This document shows positions 1-13,579 of a stretch of 64,000 bases of DNA, in pieces. Origin of the DNA: Balanoglossus misakiensis (Eukaryota > Animalia > Hemichordata); NCBI GenBank assembly GCA_040954595.2, contig CM082585.2:4303358-4367357 (forward strand), written 5' to 3'. The notes below the pieces were generated by a model, which was given only the letters and a program-made list of their open reading frames with translations, was not told the origin of the DNA and did no database searches. Positions within the stretch are counted from its first letter, which is position 1, and each line of letters begins with the position of its first letter. A program made the position numbers and the translations under genes.

Positions 1-54
1 TTATTGTGCATTGTGTATATGCGGTGTCTTTTTTCCACGAATCAAAGGAGAGTT

Positions 55-250
55 AAGGGACCGTTCAGTTTTTACGGCTGGGAGGGCGGCAAGTTTGTGT
101 CATCTGTTTTCAAAATCAGGCCGACCGCCCCCCCTCACCCAGGACCAAAAATATGATGACCCCCCCCCCCCCCCCCCGAAAACATTCGCCATTGTGATCT
201 TATGTACACTGTATGCAATACAGGGAACGGGGCTCCTCACACCGCAATTG
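55..250. mobile_element. Probable end of a non-autonomous DNA transposon (one terminus only)
   Basis: Starts TAAGGGACCGTTCAGTTTTTACGG, followed by GC-rich and poly-C tracts in an AT-rich background. No matching second terminus found. Confidence 0.3.
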
Positions 251-1285
251 TAAATTTCTGAAAGAAATTTATAATTGAAGTGTATATAATAGTATAGCTT
301 TGCAATAAAGAAATATATGAATAAATTAAAACGACACGTCAATACAATAGTTGGTAGATTTGGTAAACAAGAAAACTGGAGGGGTGGGGTAGGGACGGGT
401 GTCCCCCTCCCACCTAAGAAAATTTTGTAAAATATGTAGCTCAAAGTTGCATTTTAATGAACTCAAAAGCAAATTAACTCAATGTTTGGGAGGACCAATT
501 TTACTTTTGCCACTCCACTCAAAGTTAGCATCGGTGGGGGTGGGGTGGCAAGTACTCTGCCCTGGTACACTAGACAAACCGGCAAATAAATGAAAAGTAG
601 CGGAGAATGTAAGTTATCAAGTAGATTATCATCTGAGCTGAATAATGCAAATGGAGATGACATGGGAGGCTGTAGAATATATACAAATTGAATTTCTAGA
701 ACTACAAAATTTGAGAATAAGATATGTTGCCAAAAATAAATTAAAGCCACTCTTTCAGTATCTACTTCAGAGCCCCATACCGGTAAGTTAACCCCTCGGA
801 ACCCGCATTGTAGCATTAGTTTTAGCGTCGACAATGCACTGAAGGGAAAGTAATTAAATATATCTCACATATGCACTCGAGAAATGTATACTTGCAAGAC
901 AATATGCCGAATTTTCATTTTTGTATCCAACAAACGTTCTATACACGATCCCCGCTGGTTATGACACGAACACTTTTGATGATTAATACCACTTTAATTT
1001 GTTCAATTTATCGATTAACCGGAAGCAGCAAGTTTAATATTAATTAATTCCATTTCATCTTGCGACAGTCATAAAGAAATTCATTACATATCACGCATTT
1101 CTTTACATGTGTATAGTTAATACAAGAGGGAAAACATCTAACGCATAAATGAACGAACACGACACAGCGTCACCATATAGTACCCGATCTCTCTCTGCAG
1201 TGGTTACAATTCTTTGCAAAACACACACAATTTGTCAAGATGTTCATATATAAAATACTCGCAGATTAGCCGCAAACTCGCAACC

Positions 1286-4200
1286 ATGGCTCGCCTGAGA
1301 AGCTGTAAAACGTTACGAGATTGTCGTGAAATGCCTTTGAAGTTAACGCTCATCGCTACATTCGTGATGTTGTCGATGACATTACTGGAGCCAGCAGGTA
1401 AGACACTAATTTGGGGTTTTGTATGTTCAGAAAGTTTTAAGTTCCTAAAAACAGAAGCTCATAAATATTTTTATTGTTTCATGTAATAAGACTAACGATT
1501 TAATATCCAGGTTGCATCAACGTTTTCCATGTTTACGCTCGGATGGATCATGCTGAAACCTACACGTTTTGTGAGCGATTAGGTCTTCGCCTTGTTAAAG
1601 ATGACAGCGAAGAAAAACACACAGCTATAGTAGACATGATAACAGTACGAGGATATCCCTGGATGGAATTCTGGATTGATGGCCATCAAATTGACAACGG
1701 AAGCGTAACCACAAGAGACGGTGAAATTTTGACCTACAGGCCATCGGTTGAAGAGAATGTTGGGGAGTGCCTCGCAATGAGGTGAGTAAACGGTTATGCA
1801 GATATATTAAAACACTTTATTTTCGCGAGTTAAAATTTGTGCGATATCGAGAGAGGCCACTGTTTCGCGAGTATTAATTTTCGCGTTCTCTTATTTCATT
1901 CACTGCACCGTTATCTTCAAAAATAATTTACGCCACTTTTTATTTTCACGCTATTTTGGCTCTCGCGTATTTCGCGAAAATTCATTGCTCGCGAAAATAA
2001 AGTGTTTTACAGTATATTAAAACATGAAAAATACCATTTTTTTGTGGTCATTATAAAATATCTTAACAGTAAGCAATCACATGGAATCATGTGCAGAGGC
2101 ATGCCATATTCATAGTTATATATCAGTAGACACAGAATTGATTTAAACTTTTATCATATCCATGCAGATGTTACAATGGGCAATGTCTTCACAACACAAT
2201 TTTAGCAGTTGCGCACCGATACCTCGATTTTATGGGAAATTTAATCTTCAACATTTACATCATTTGTCTAGTATTAGACCAAGTTTACCTAATTCTCAAT
2301 TGTCTCTGAGTCTTAAACAAATTAAAACATGTAGAAAACGTGTTTATGCAGTTTGATAGATGTACGGCTTGACCGGCGTTAATGGGGTGAAACTTTGTAC
2401 TTACATGCCATTTTAATTCACAGACATGGAAACTGGGAATTTTTGCAGTGTTTGGACCGACGTCACGCTTTATGTGAAAATACAAGTAGGTATAGTTTAA
2501 TGAAGATTTTTGCAACTTTTTCTCGATTTCGAATTTTACGGGATAGCAATGGCGTTGTTTTCTTATCTACAGCATCTTTCGACCTAACTACCACATGGAA
2601 TGGTATGACGGCTGCATTCCAGTTGTGTGAGAACCTTGGGTTGCGTCTTCTAACTGACACCACTGACTGGAAAATCGTGCAGTACTGTGCGTCCCTTGGG
2701 TGCCGTGAATTGGCTGAAGGTGTATGGATTGATGCCACCATCACGGCAGATGGCACTGTGAAGACAGGCAGTGGTTTGGTATTGGAATACACGCATTTTG
2801 CTCCCAGCCAGCCTCTCGATGCCGGATCGTGTATTAAAATCCTGTGAGTAGATGTCTGTTCACGCTTTTTTCCACAATGCCCAACAGTAGATATAGTAGT
2901 CTGTTATTGCGTTGGAAATTCAGAGATTACATGGCAGTTTACTGATTTGAATATATATATATATATGTATTGTTACGTTTTCTTATCCCAAAGATTCAAC
3001 ACTCTATTACTAAATAATGACTACCTATGTACTGTTTCTGGTATTTTGTCAAAGTTTGAGTACTATGTTTTGGTAACTAACTTTACCTGTTATATCGTCT
3101 GAATTGCAAAGCACAATTTGAGCATGATACTTTACAGCTAACGCTGATTTCAATATCATTCCAACATGCGCTTTACAGCATAGTAGACAGTGGATGTAAG
3201 ACATTTATCGGAACCGTGCCCATACCAAATTTGACTTTTAAAGTTCAAAGTACAGCAATTATTGTAAACATTGTAAACTTCAATAAGCGTTGAATAGTGA
3301 CTCTTTATACAGGTGTAATACAGTTAAATGTGCATGGATAACTGAACCTTGTAAAACATACCTGTATGTTGTTTGCGAGGATAACGGTAAGTAATTTGAG
3401 ACATCAGCGATAAATCTCGTTCATACATTTTCCTTTTCCTACATATTTGACTGTCAGTGTAGTTTTGTGACAATGCACATATATAACATCTGTTGGTCAC
3501 AATTAATTGAAATTCGGCGTGTTGTCTTGCAAACCTACACTTCCCTTTGAGTGCACATTTAATTTCCACGTATGTTAAATGGTTTACATCCTTGTCTATA
3601 ACCCAGCTGAAGGGGGCTCCGAAGTACATCTTGATATGATCACATTTTATCACTCTATAACTTCGCAAGTTTGAGAGTAAGTATGCACATAATAAATAAT
3701 GCATGAAATTACTATCACATATGACTACCATAAGCCGAAAAGGGAAAAGAAATGATTAAACATGCTTAATCATTTCACGTAATGCAAATGTATGAATTGA
3801 AACAAAGGTTGTTGGCAATGGGGTTTACGTCAAAAGGTGGAGAGATTTTGTTTGAGTACTTTTGTTGGATTTCATAGAAATTTGGCATTTACTGGAAAAC
3901 GTGTCTTCTGGGAGAACGTTTTATATATTCAGTATTACTTTAAGTCATAATTGTCTTTAAATTTATGAAAGAAAATTCATATTTTGCCAACTCTCACATT
4001 ATCTGCACCTTACATTTGCACCATTCAGATGATGAGTTACTTCTGATGCGGGAGAGGTTGGTCAAGATAAGTGACGATGAATTCAGAACAGCAGATGTGG
4101 TAAGAAAGGTGTCAATCATTTGAGATTGATGTACTGCACTGTATTGTATAAAGCCAAAAGTTAGCGAAATCCATTGAACGTATTAAAGGTCCTTATAGGA

Positions 4201-6979
4201 TATGACTATTTTGTGACAACTAAAGCTACATACTAAATGATTCCATAAAAAGCTATCAAGCCACGTACTAAATCATTTTCTTTTCTTTTTCCAGGGTATT
4301 AGTGTAATTGACAAGTTGGACACTTTAACCTATGACCTTTCAAATAAAAGTGTCATATTTGAAGGAAGAACTATATTTGCAAAAGGTATTGTGATATTTG
4401 TTGTTTTAATCAAGATGATTCTGTGACATCGGTATCCATCACATTCAATATCACCCAATTGTGTAAAACGATATTGGTATCAGACGCAGAAAAAACAGCT
4501 CCTTACATTTATAAAGCTTACCGAAAATGCATCAACTACAGTTCGTTTGTTTCCACAAATCATGCACATTATTGGTGACCGTCAAATATCTTATATGTAG
4601 CTTAGAGAAACATCGAGCATTGGACGTGTTCAACTGATGAATGACACATTGAATTAGAAGTCGAGAAAGACAGTCAGACAGAGTGAGATTGTTTTTAAAT
4701 GCCAATGTTTACATTTTTCAGAAACACTGAATGTTATGCAAAAGATGATAGACAGAATGCAGTCCCTATTTGACGCCAATCCGAGCGAGAAGCTGAATCC
4801 TGGGCAGGCAAATCACCTGACAAAGATAACAACGAAAGTATTCGACCAGTTATCAATGTTTATACTGAACAAGACTCATTGTGGAGATGGGCCAATCATC
4901 GTAAAAACATCATCTCTTGTGCTGCATTTGGAAAAGAACTATGTGCAGGAATTGTGCAACGTCACCATAATGATTGGAGATGGAAGTGGATTCAATATTC
5001 CACCGGCCGACAGTATGTTTCCACAATTGTCGCGGGACACAGTCTTGAACAGAATGGTCCGTATACAACTTTGATAATATTAAAAAAAATATAACGTCTG
5101 TTTATATAAAACATTACTCTATTCTTGTATATGGATATTTGAATAACCTTTTGCCACCAGTTAACGTAAATGTGACGTCCTGGGCAGCTGTCGCGTTTAT
5201 ATGGGATGAACGTTAGGCTGATATATGTGTCAATGCAACAGTTGCAATTTTTTTTTTCAATTTAAGAGGATATTTGGTTTTATATACAATCCTGTTGTTG
5301 TCACAGGGCGTTCTGGTGCTCGAGGAATAATTAAAGTAATTTTTTTACAATTAGATTTTCCGTTTCGGTGGTAACCCCCACGGATTAGCAAATAGGACAC
5401 ATGGCTTCACTACCGATATACTGACCCTGGAATTCAGAGATGAAGATGGTAATGAGATTAAAGGTTGGTTTTCATTAAGGCCATCAGTGGTATCCTAACA
5501 TTTGCATTGAACTCTCAATATTTTACTAGTTAACGTCGCACCATTTAAACTCGAAATGGCGAATTCCTTTTTTACACAACCTAGAAACCCAGCGACATAC
5601 TTGCATAAACATACTCCCTAATATTTCCATCTTGGAGGGCAGCACTCGATTAATGACCAATTTGGTAATTTAGTTTTGACATTAGTGTATATTATCACGA
5701 AACATGTTCCTTTTCAGTGAAAAATGCTTCCAAGGATCTCGGCGTATGGCTTGGTAATTATCAGACATCTATAAATGAAAGCAACGTCAGTGGAGTATAC
5801 GTGGAAAGGGAAGGAGTCACTCGCTATGCATTGACAGTAACGGTAATCTTTACATAATATATGAAATTCACTGATCATTGCATGTTTTCTGATCTATTCT
5901 TTTACATAACCATTTGATCAACGGGGCAAAACTCAAACATAAATGACATTGGTGCTATTTCGAACACAGTGTTATCTTTTACCTCACAAATTTCATTATG
6001 TGAAATTTATCTTGCGTCAATATATCATTATTTACGTTGCAGGCGCTATCGGCCTACTCTGCATTTCAAATCACCATGGAAGCATCAGCGCATGTGTTCG
6101 AGACTACTACAGCATACGTGTCACTGGAAAGATTTGATGCCGTCGGTGTCTACAATGGTTCCGATTATGAAACTGAGTTGGTATTTGCAGGGTGTACAGC
6201 ATCCATATTTCTACCAGAAGCAAATATCACCAGGACGGGCTTGTATTACATAGTCTTTGACCTTACCAGTGGTAAGATTGTATTATATTAAAATGATTAA
6301 TACAACTATTGTACAATGATCGTTGATTAAACGATATAGTAGTGTTTGTTTATCTTTTTTGCTGTGCATGCTACTGTTAATTTCAAAAATCAACATATAG
6401 AATATGTGGAAGAAACCGAAGTTAGTTCTGTAATTCTTTTTCTCTACAGCTCATGGGGTTCACATCAAGGTTCTCACTACTCAACACAGATGTAGCTACT
6501 TTGATGAGACTAACTGGCAGAATGATGGTTGTAAGGTAAACGCTTTTCTTCCAATTTTTCAATAATTGATAAGCTCCTTGTACTTGCAAGCGATGAAACT
6601 AAAGACAAGTGACAATTAGTGTGATTTTAGGGGATACTGTGGACAAATATGCAGCAAAAGTAAAAATGTAGAAGGTACTCCATCTTACGATTAATGCTGA
6701 CACGTGGAAAATACTGTAAACGTAAAAAAAAATCACCGATGTAAGTGTGGACGCGTTTCCAATATGTATTATATCTCTATGACGTAGACCAGGTGTTTGA
6801 TCTTGTTTCAATTGCAAAGCAACGCCCACTGCTGTGTCAATATGTATTTTTTTCTGTTCGATTATTTGCAGGTGTCACCAAAATCCGACTTCAATTCTAC
6901 CCTGTGTCTGTGTAATCACCTGACTGCTTTCAGTGCAATGGTGGAAGTTGTTGAATCTGACGGACGATGCCACGTTTAG
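1286..6979 (+). CDS. Predicted secreted protein: signal peptide, 2 C-type-lectin-like domains, polycystin-1-like GAIN/GPS region, no transmembrane segment (about 638 aa, 13 exons)
   Basis: Phase-consistent GT-AG exons: 1286-1397, 1511-1781, 2424-2485, 2573-2843, 2994-3040 (uncertain), 4029-4099, 4295-4385, 4722-5056, 5355-5463, 5718-5842, 6043-6271, 6450-6535, 6872-6979. Hydrophobic leader LTLIATFVMLSMTLL (alternative ATG at 1331). CTL-like motifs FCERLGLRL...FWIDG...ECL and LCENLGLRL...VWIDA...SCI. PKD1-like FGGNPH...ILTLEFRDEDGNEIKV. GPS motif CSYFDETNWQNDGCK-VSPKSDFNSTLCLCNHLTAFS, then TAG at 6977-6979. Confidence 0.75.
1805..2014. mobile_element. MITE with terminal inverted repeats (TA-flanked, Tc1/mariner-pogo type)
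   Basis: Left TAAAACACTTTATTTTCGCGAG is the reverse complement of right CTCGCGAAAATAAAGTGTTTTA(CAGTA). Internal TTTCGCG repeats. Lies in intron 2 of the upstream gene. Confidence 0.75.
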
Positions 6980-8060
6980 CACAGGGGCGTCCGTTTGGTC
7001 TACAGACGTGACAAGATAACCTTATGGGACGAGTTCTAAACAAATTATGTACCATTCAAAAACGTTTTTTTTAGACTTTATGAAGCAAGAAAAGTTCATA
7101 TTGCAGTTTTGGAAAGAGTTTTTAGTTGATAATGCATTTAGTGAAAATCATAGATGTACATTTAGCTAGTGGTGCCAAAAACTTGTCCGAAAGAGAAGGG
7201 TTTGCATGAGAATTTGATTTTTAAAAAAGAATTGCATTTTGTTAGGTTGCGTACGTCTATGATTGATTGTGTTTGTCTGTAGTCAGGCGGAGTAATACAC
7301 TGTTTCATAGTTGTACTGCGACACTTGTCGCACTCTTACACTGTTCTTGCCCAGTGCGCTTACGCTGGACAGAAACACAATGACCGATGGGTCTGAAATG
7401 AGCATTGACGGAGGTTTATAAAAATCATATAGTTCGATGTAATTTACACATGTCTTTGTAATGTGCCTGGATAGGATAAATACATGTATACATTGATCAA
7501 TATTTTATGTTTTGTAATAACCATTACTGTCACTTGCCATTGTAATAACCCGTTATTGTACTTGTCATTAATTGGCGGATTTATAGTATTCTGTAATTGT
7601 AAGATATCCCACAGCAGATGTAAATCATCCGTTGAATAATGAAAATGTGCTGATAACGTGAGAAGCGGTGGAACATGACAAATTGTATGTCAGTTTGAGA
7701 ATAAAAAGCGACCATAAATAAATTAAAAGCAACTCTCTCAAGATCTAACCTCATGGGAATCTGTATTGTAGCATCAATGCACGAAAAGCAGGACATTGTA
7801 TATATAAATATCATATATAAGCCTACAGTCAAGAGAGATGTATATGTTATGCACAACGGCCCACCCCAACATACATTTCACCATCTGCGTACCTACATAT
7901 GAACGCGCCTTCCCCCTTGCATTTTCGCCAGTTTAGTCTCCTGATGGGTGAGCCCAATGACTCACGAAACAGCGTTGTAGAGATTTTACCGCCTTTCGTT
8001 TCTCCTACTACCCTAATATATATATCCAATCTACTTTTGTATTGAGCACTTTGTATCGGA

Positions 8061-9933
8061 CCAGTCACGCAGCAAATCGAAGGAAGCGTCAATTGCCAAA
8101 CGAATGACGTTGATTGTGTTGACCGATTTCTGTAGCTGGGTGCCAATTACGGTCATGGGCATGTTGGCGCTCTCAAACACAGTCACAATTCCGGGTGTTG
8201 TGTATGCGTGGACAGCTGTGTTCATCCTGCCCGTCAACTCTGCTGCAAACCCTGTCCTGTACACGATATCAGTTATCAACTCAAACAGAAAGGCAGCGGC
8301 AAAACAGAGTATGTTATCCAATGAGAGTACGACTGATCCGATAGGTATACCTAAAACAGATATTTGTCTCAGTATGTCTGTCTGACTGTCTGTTTGTCTG
8401 TCTATGTCTGCCTCGGTATGTGTCTCTGTCTGTCGATTAAATTAAATTTCACATTAAACTTGGACCGAAACCTGTGCAGATGAACTCAAATTATTTCGGG
8501 GAAAGATTCGCATAATACTTTAGGCTTTCATCAATTTCGTCTACGCACGTGGCCATTCTAGTTTTGGCCCTCTCCCGTGCTAAGGACTTTTTTCATCCCT
8601 CTCTTACCTTCGTCAACATATCAACGACGTTTGACGAATGTTTTTGAGAACTGCCGCCACTGTATGCACAATATGCCTAAAATAATTCTATTCAGAAGGA
8701 AATGTATTTAAATTCTGCTGTGTTCTGGCAAAAAGCTTGACTTAAACGTTTTTTGTTCCGTTTCTTGTCCGTTCAAATCATATTCTAGTTAAGAATTGAA
8801 CGAGCTAACAGTATCCTTCATGGCGTCAATTGTGCGTGTTTTGTCTAAGATCATATGTTAAGCACAAAACAGGATTCACGCTATCTCCGTTATGGCTGTA
8901 AATATGTACAAACACGCTCAATAGCATGTTTTTCTTACTCCTTTTTACAGTTTTGTTCCTTCATGACCAGATGCCGAAGAGTAAAATGATTCCATCTCCA
9001 CTATTGAAATACATGCCTCTGTCCGATTACATCAGAAAGAGACCCAAGGGTTTGCTGATTAAAGATGTCTACGTCATTGCTCGTGACGTCACTTCCGCTA
9101 TGGACTTCCTCCATAGTAGAGGTACCTTGCACAACAATTTAGGGGAAGAGAGTGTCCTTGTAACGATAAAAGATGATGATGTAAGTGATATGGGTATCCC
9201 CGAGTCTGTTCTTTAGAGAAGAAAAATATAAATCAATTATACAAATTGAATATTTAAGGAATGGTCAGTTTCTCCGGCTTAAGGATGGTTTGTATATTTG
9301 TGGGTAACTGTGTTTTTAAAATGCGTTGGGGTACCCTGTATTTGTACTACTGAATGGATTGTCCTGTTTTTGAAATGCTCATTAAGGGTGTTGTGTGTAG
9401 TGTGCTTTTTGACGGTGCGGATTGATTACAGAAGTCATATTATTCTAGCCCAAAGTATCTCCTAAATACATCATATAAGCCATGGATTGCATCATTTGGA
9501 ATTTGCGTTCTTAAGTTCGGGCGCGTACATTAAAAATCTTCATATTTCGGTGGAAAAGCCTGACGACCAGTCCATTTACTTATTAAAATGCATGGGATGA
9601 ACGATATTTTATTAAAAGGTTTACATTACGAATTATTTTTCAGTTGTGAGGGAACATATTAAATTACTACGCTACATTCAGTGTGCAAACTTGACTGGAT
9701 AAGATTGTCAGCTAATTTTCTTCAACAAGTTGATATGTTATTATTATCCAAAATGGATACGTTTATCTTTCTTATAGAAAACCGTCAACAAAGTTTTCCT
9801 GTCCTATGTCAGCAAATCAAAGATCATCGGGAAGATAGGCGAAAAGTTAGCATACATCAAAGATATAACGGCTTATGGAAGACTCATTTCACGACTGGCT
9901 GACTGTGCACAGAAAACTCAGAAATTGGTATAG
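8061..9933 (+). pseudogene. Orphan 3' fragment of a GRL101-like receptor (TM6-TM7 plus both kinase-like tail exons)
   Basis: 8061-8344 encodes [28 protein letters not shown]...[14 protein letters not shown], nearly identical to 34834-35114. Exons 8951-9180 and 9778-9933 match 35741-35970 and 36470-36625. Homology stops abruptly mid-exon at about 8061; no TM1-5 upstream. Confidence 0.85.
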
Positions 9934-11700
9934 AAAGTTCAGTCACGACCCATGCCTGCACGGGGAATGAACGCCTTTTAAAGTTAATTGTATGAATTCT
10001 CAACCGTAAAAATATTTATCTTTAACATTTCTTGTTAAATGTGTATTATACTAATTATAATAATCGAAAACAAGTTCCTAATCGAATTTCAGAAACTACT
10101 TAAATGTTAACGAAATATGATACTTTACTAATAATACAAGGCTGTAGTTCTTTGGATACAATTTTTAGGATCGATTTGTTGACAGACACTCGGGAGTGGT
10201 GGTAGTTTGGAATGCCGTATGTCACATGAATTGTATCTGGTCGGATTTTCATCTGCAACCCACAATACGCACAAAGGCAGCGGGCACACAAAACTATGGC
10301 CACTCTAAAACGGGTTGTTCAATAACGAGATGTGTCAGTTTTTAGGGCGCCCTTCTAACATATCATGAGTGCGAATCCCGATTCCAGCCGTATTTAAACA
10401 ATTTGTTGGTACTATTTTCATTACATCGGCACTTATATTGACTCTATCAAAGAGGTCTTACTATTCTGCACGTGTCCAATTTCAAGATAATATATACCCA
10501 ATCTCTCAATTTAGATGTTACAAATATATTAGTACTGTTTCCTCTGTTATAGTTCTTTTAACGCGTTGTCCGTGGATAATTATATGAATGTTTGGCCAAT
10601 TTTGATACAAATTAAACTGGAGTCCTTAAACGACATTTGTTTGCCGCCATTGACAGGCGTGCTTTCACTAGAAATGAACGAAACATACAACAATGATAGA
10701 ATTTGTAAACATGGCACAAATTTCGATCCTGGGTTACTGAATAGGGAGGTAGAAACAACATCTTTTCCTGTCTACTGTCATGTTAAATTTCACTTGGAGG
10801 TAACCCACGATATATCTCCCTGTCATTCAGATGTTACGTTATGTATTTACTAATTTGTTTGCAATTTAAAGAAAGAATTGTAATTTTGGAAGAGGTTTAT
10901 AATTCATATATAAACATCAAGTTCTAATTGTATAAAGGTGAAGAAATATCGATTTGAGAGTCGATTGCCCAACAACCCCCAGAGCCTGGGAATGTCGACA
11001 TAATGAAAATGTTTGGTAGTATTTAAATACATTCCACGTGAAATACATTTATAACATTTGGTGTAGATAGGAAGAATTAGTGGTAGCTATGAAGAGGTTA
11101 TTCAATCTTTATAAATTGTCACTTTATTTTGGCCATGATCTTAGCAGTGAAACACTTCAAATGCTGACATTGGCTTAACAATTTACGACAATGACCGACA
11201 ACCAATGAGAAGATTATAATGTCATTTTGCACTTTGATCGTTGGATAATGTTGATTATGTTGTGTACCGGATATTTATCTAGCTTTTTGAGAATACTGTG
11301 AATTCGCGCTTTAGAGCATTGATTTCTTTTACACACCTAAACATCTGCGTGTTGTATGCAATAAAGTCTACTTACTCCCAATACTTAATGCTTCGACGAG
11401 TCTCTACTTTTGATATTAAATATATCTCTTTCTAACTGCAGAGTGAGATATCCCAATAAAACAACTGCACGTACGCTAGAAAGTGTGTGGAAGATGGCGT
11501 ATCATGAATTACGATACGGCATGTCACGATATATTGGATGCTTTGATCGTTTTTTTCTTCAAGACATTGAAAAACTCAAAACTAGATTTATATTTGGCGA
11601 GTATGTATGGACGAAAACATATTCAACTCCTAAACTGCCCAATCAAATTGCTGAAGTTCCGCACCTCTTTCGTTGTGATGAATTGGACAATTGTCAACAC
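9934..11700 (+). repeat. Duplicated 3' flank shared by the three receptor 3' ends
   Basis: Collinear blocks (e.g. GTTCCTAATCGAATTTC, CCCTTCTAACA..TCATGAGTGCGAAT, CATTTTGCACTTT) recur at about 36626-37700 (+) and about 48750-50906 (-). Confidence 0.75.
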
Positions 11701-13579
11701 CTATCACGTGATGGCTCTTAGTGTATTCAGCACCAAGTTCGTTTGAATTTCGGCAAAAACCTTTGATTCGTTTTTGCCGACGGTGTTTATATGTGTTATG
11801 ATCTTTTTTATAGAATGGCGGTGGTTCTAAACACGCAAAAAAAAAAAAAAAAAACATTTTCGGCTCTGCAAATTTTAAGAAGCAGAAATACAATTAACTG
11901 GGGGATCCCCATTATATATAAGACTTTGATTTAAAATCTTCAACAAAGAAATTTGCGATTGAAATATGTTATCACGAACCCTATAATCTCTGAAATTTTT
12001 ATTTTATATGCAGGAACCTCCATACAAATTCTAATACAAAATATAAGAAGTTGAATCCGATGTTCTTCCCGAACCGGCACACCGCCGAGCACGATGTAAA
12101 ATATGACAAATGAAACAAATTTAGTTGATATTCAGACAGATATTCTTGTCGCACGAAGAACCTATTTTAAAAATCAAAGATTCATCCATTTTCAAATTGC
12201 GGCATATGATCAAAGATGGCAAGCGTGAGACCAATCTTACAGCCCGAGTTCAGACGACTCACTGGTTTAAACTTTAAACGACTTGCCATTATCCAAACCT
12301 CGCGCTTTGTGACACGCGGCACTGATTGAACTAGGTGTGGCTTTGTGTGTCTTTTGTAAGTTGTCTAGACGCTCTCGGCATTAGAAATACAAGTACGACT
12401 TAGATTGTAGACATTTATAAAAACCAGTATCACGTGACACACAACAAACCCATTCAATAAACAAAAAAGAGACCAAAGAAACGACCGATAGCGATATCGC
12501 ATAAATAAGCACTGGAACGAAGAGAGCTGAAGGTCGGTTGACCAATTTTGAATTACCGTCAAAGCGTAAATTTTCACTGGATTTAATTTCACTGAGTTGG
12601 TGTATGGCGCGCATTCACAACGTTTTCAGCTTGATTTGGCTTTAAGACGGCGAGTTCTATTGTAATCTTACATTTTCATTAGAATTAAATAGCAGGTAGG
12701 TATAGAAAAAATTATCAATCAGCACATATAGCGAAATTAATAACTATCGGCCATTGAAACGCTACTGCTATTACCAATTCAATTTGGCCATCCGGGTCGC
12801 TTGCTACTATCATCTCCAAGCAGTGTATATAAATATTCGATTGTGATGGTAGCTTTTCATTGCTGAACCGAGGCATATCGGGAGCTTCTTTCTCCATTAT
12901 ATATATTTATACACCAAATGTTATCAAAAAGAATTTCCTCTCTGGAACACGTCTCGTCTGGTAAATTGTCTCGTCTGGTGAATTATAAGTATTCAAGTTG
13001 GGCGTCGGGGTTGAAGTTAATTATTTTGTAAAAGGGCAACATAACACGACAAATAAAATATTGACTAGTAAGATATTCGGCAGACATTTTGTGATTCCAG
13101 CACCTAACGACTTTGCCCTTTGCTTTTCGTCTTGTTTCCCTAACGTTTGTACAGAGTTCATTATAGTTGGAAATGTCTGAACGAAAATGTGCCGTTATTC
13201 AGGGCAGCTCATTGCATAATTATGCATACTTCGCAATCACAAATAATGTACATTTATATAGAGAAATCCATCTCTCGGGGCGGGAGAAAACGCCTCGAGC
13301 GACGGGTTTCTAAGTCTAGCCTGAGTGCAGTGCCTCCATAAGGCAAATAAGAAGATGGAATTGATAATTATTACAGCAGCCAATGGTCGGTATTTTAATT
13401 TATGCAAGTGGCATTTGTAATTACATTTGGTTAGCCACAGTTGATATGCTTGGCCAAGTCAAACCCCGCAGTGCAATTGGAAACCAGACTGCAAGTATAG
13501 TATATACATTACACATTTCATGCGAACAGACATTCTTTGAGATTGAGATGCAAACGGATGAAACTTCGCGTTAGACATC

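Noticed and set aside
11410-11721. 103-aa ORF downstream of the 3' fragment
   Set aside because: No recognisable domain, and the homologous flank near 48800-48950 has indels relative to it.
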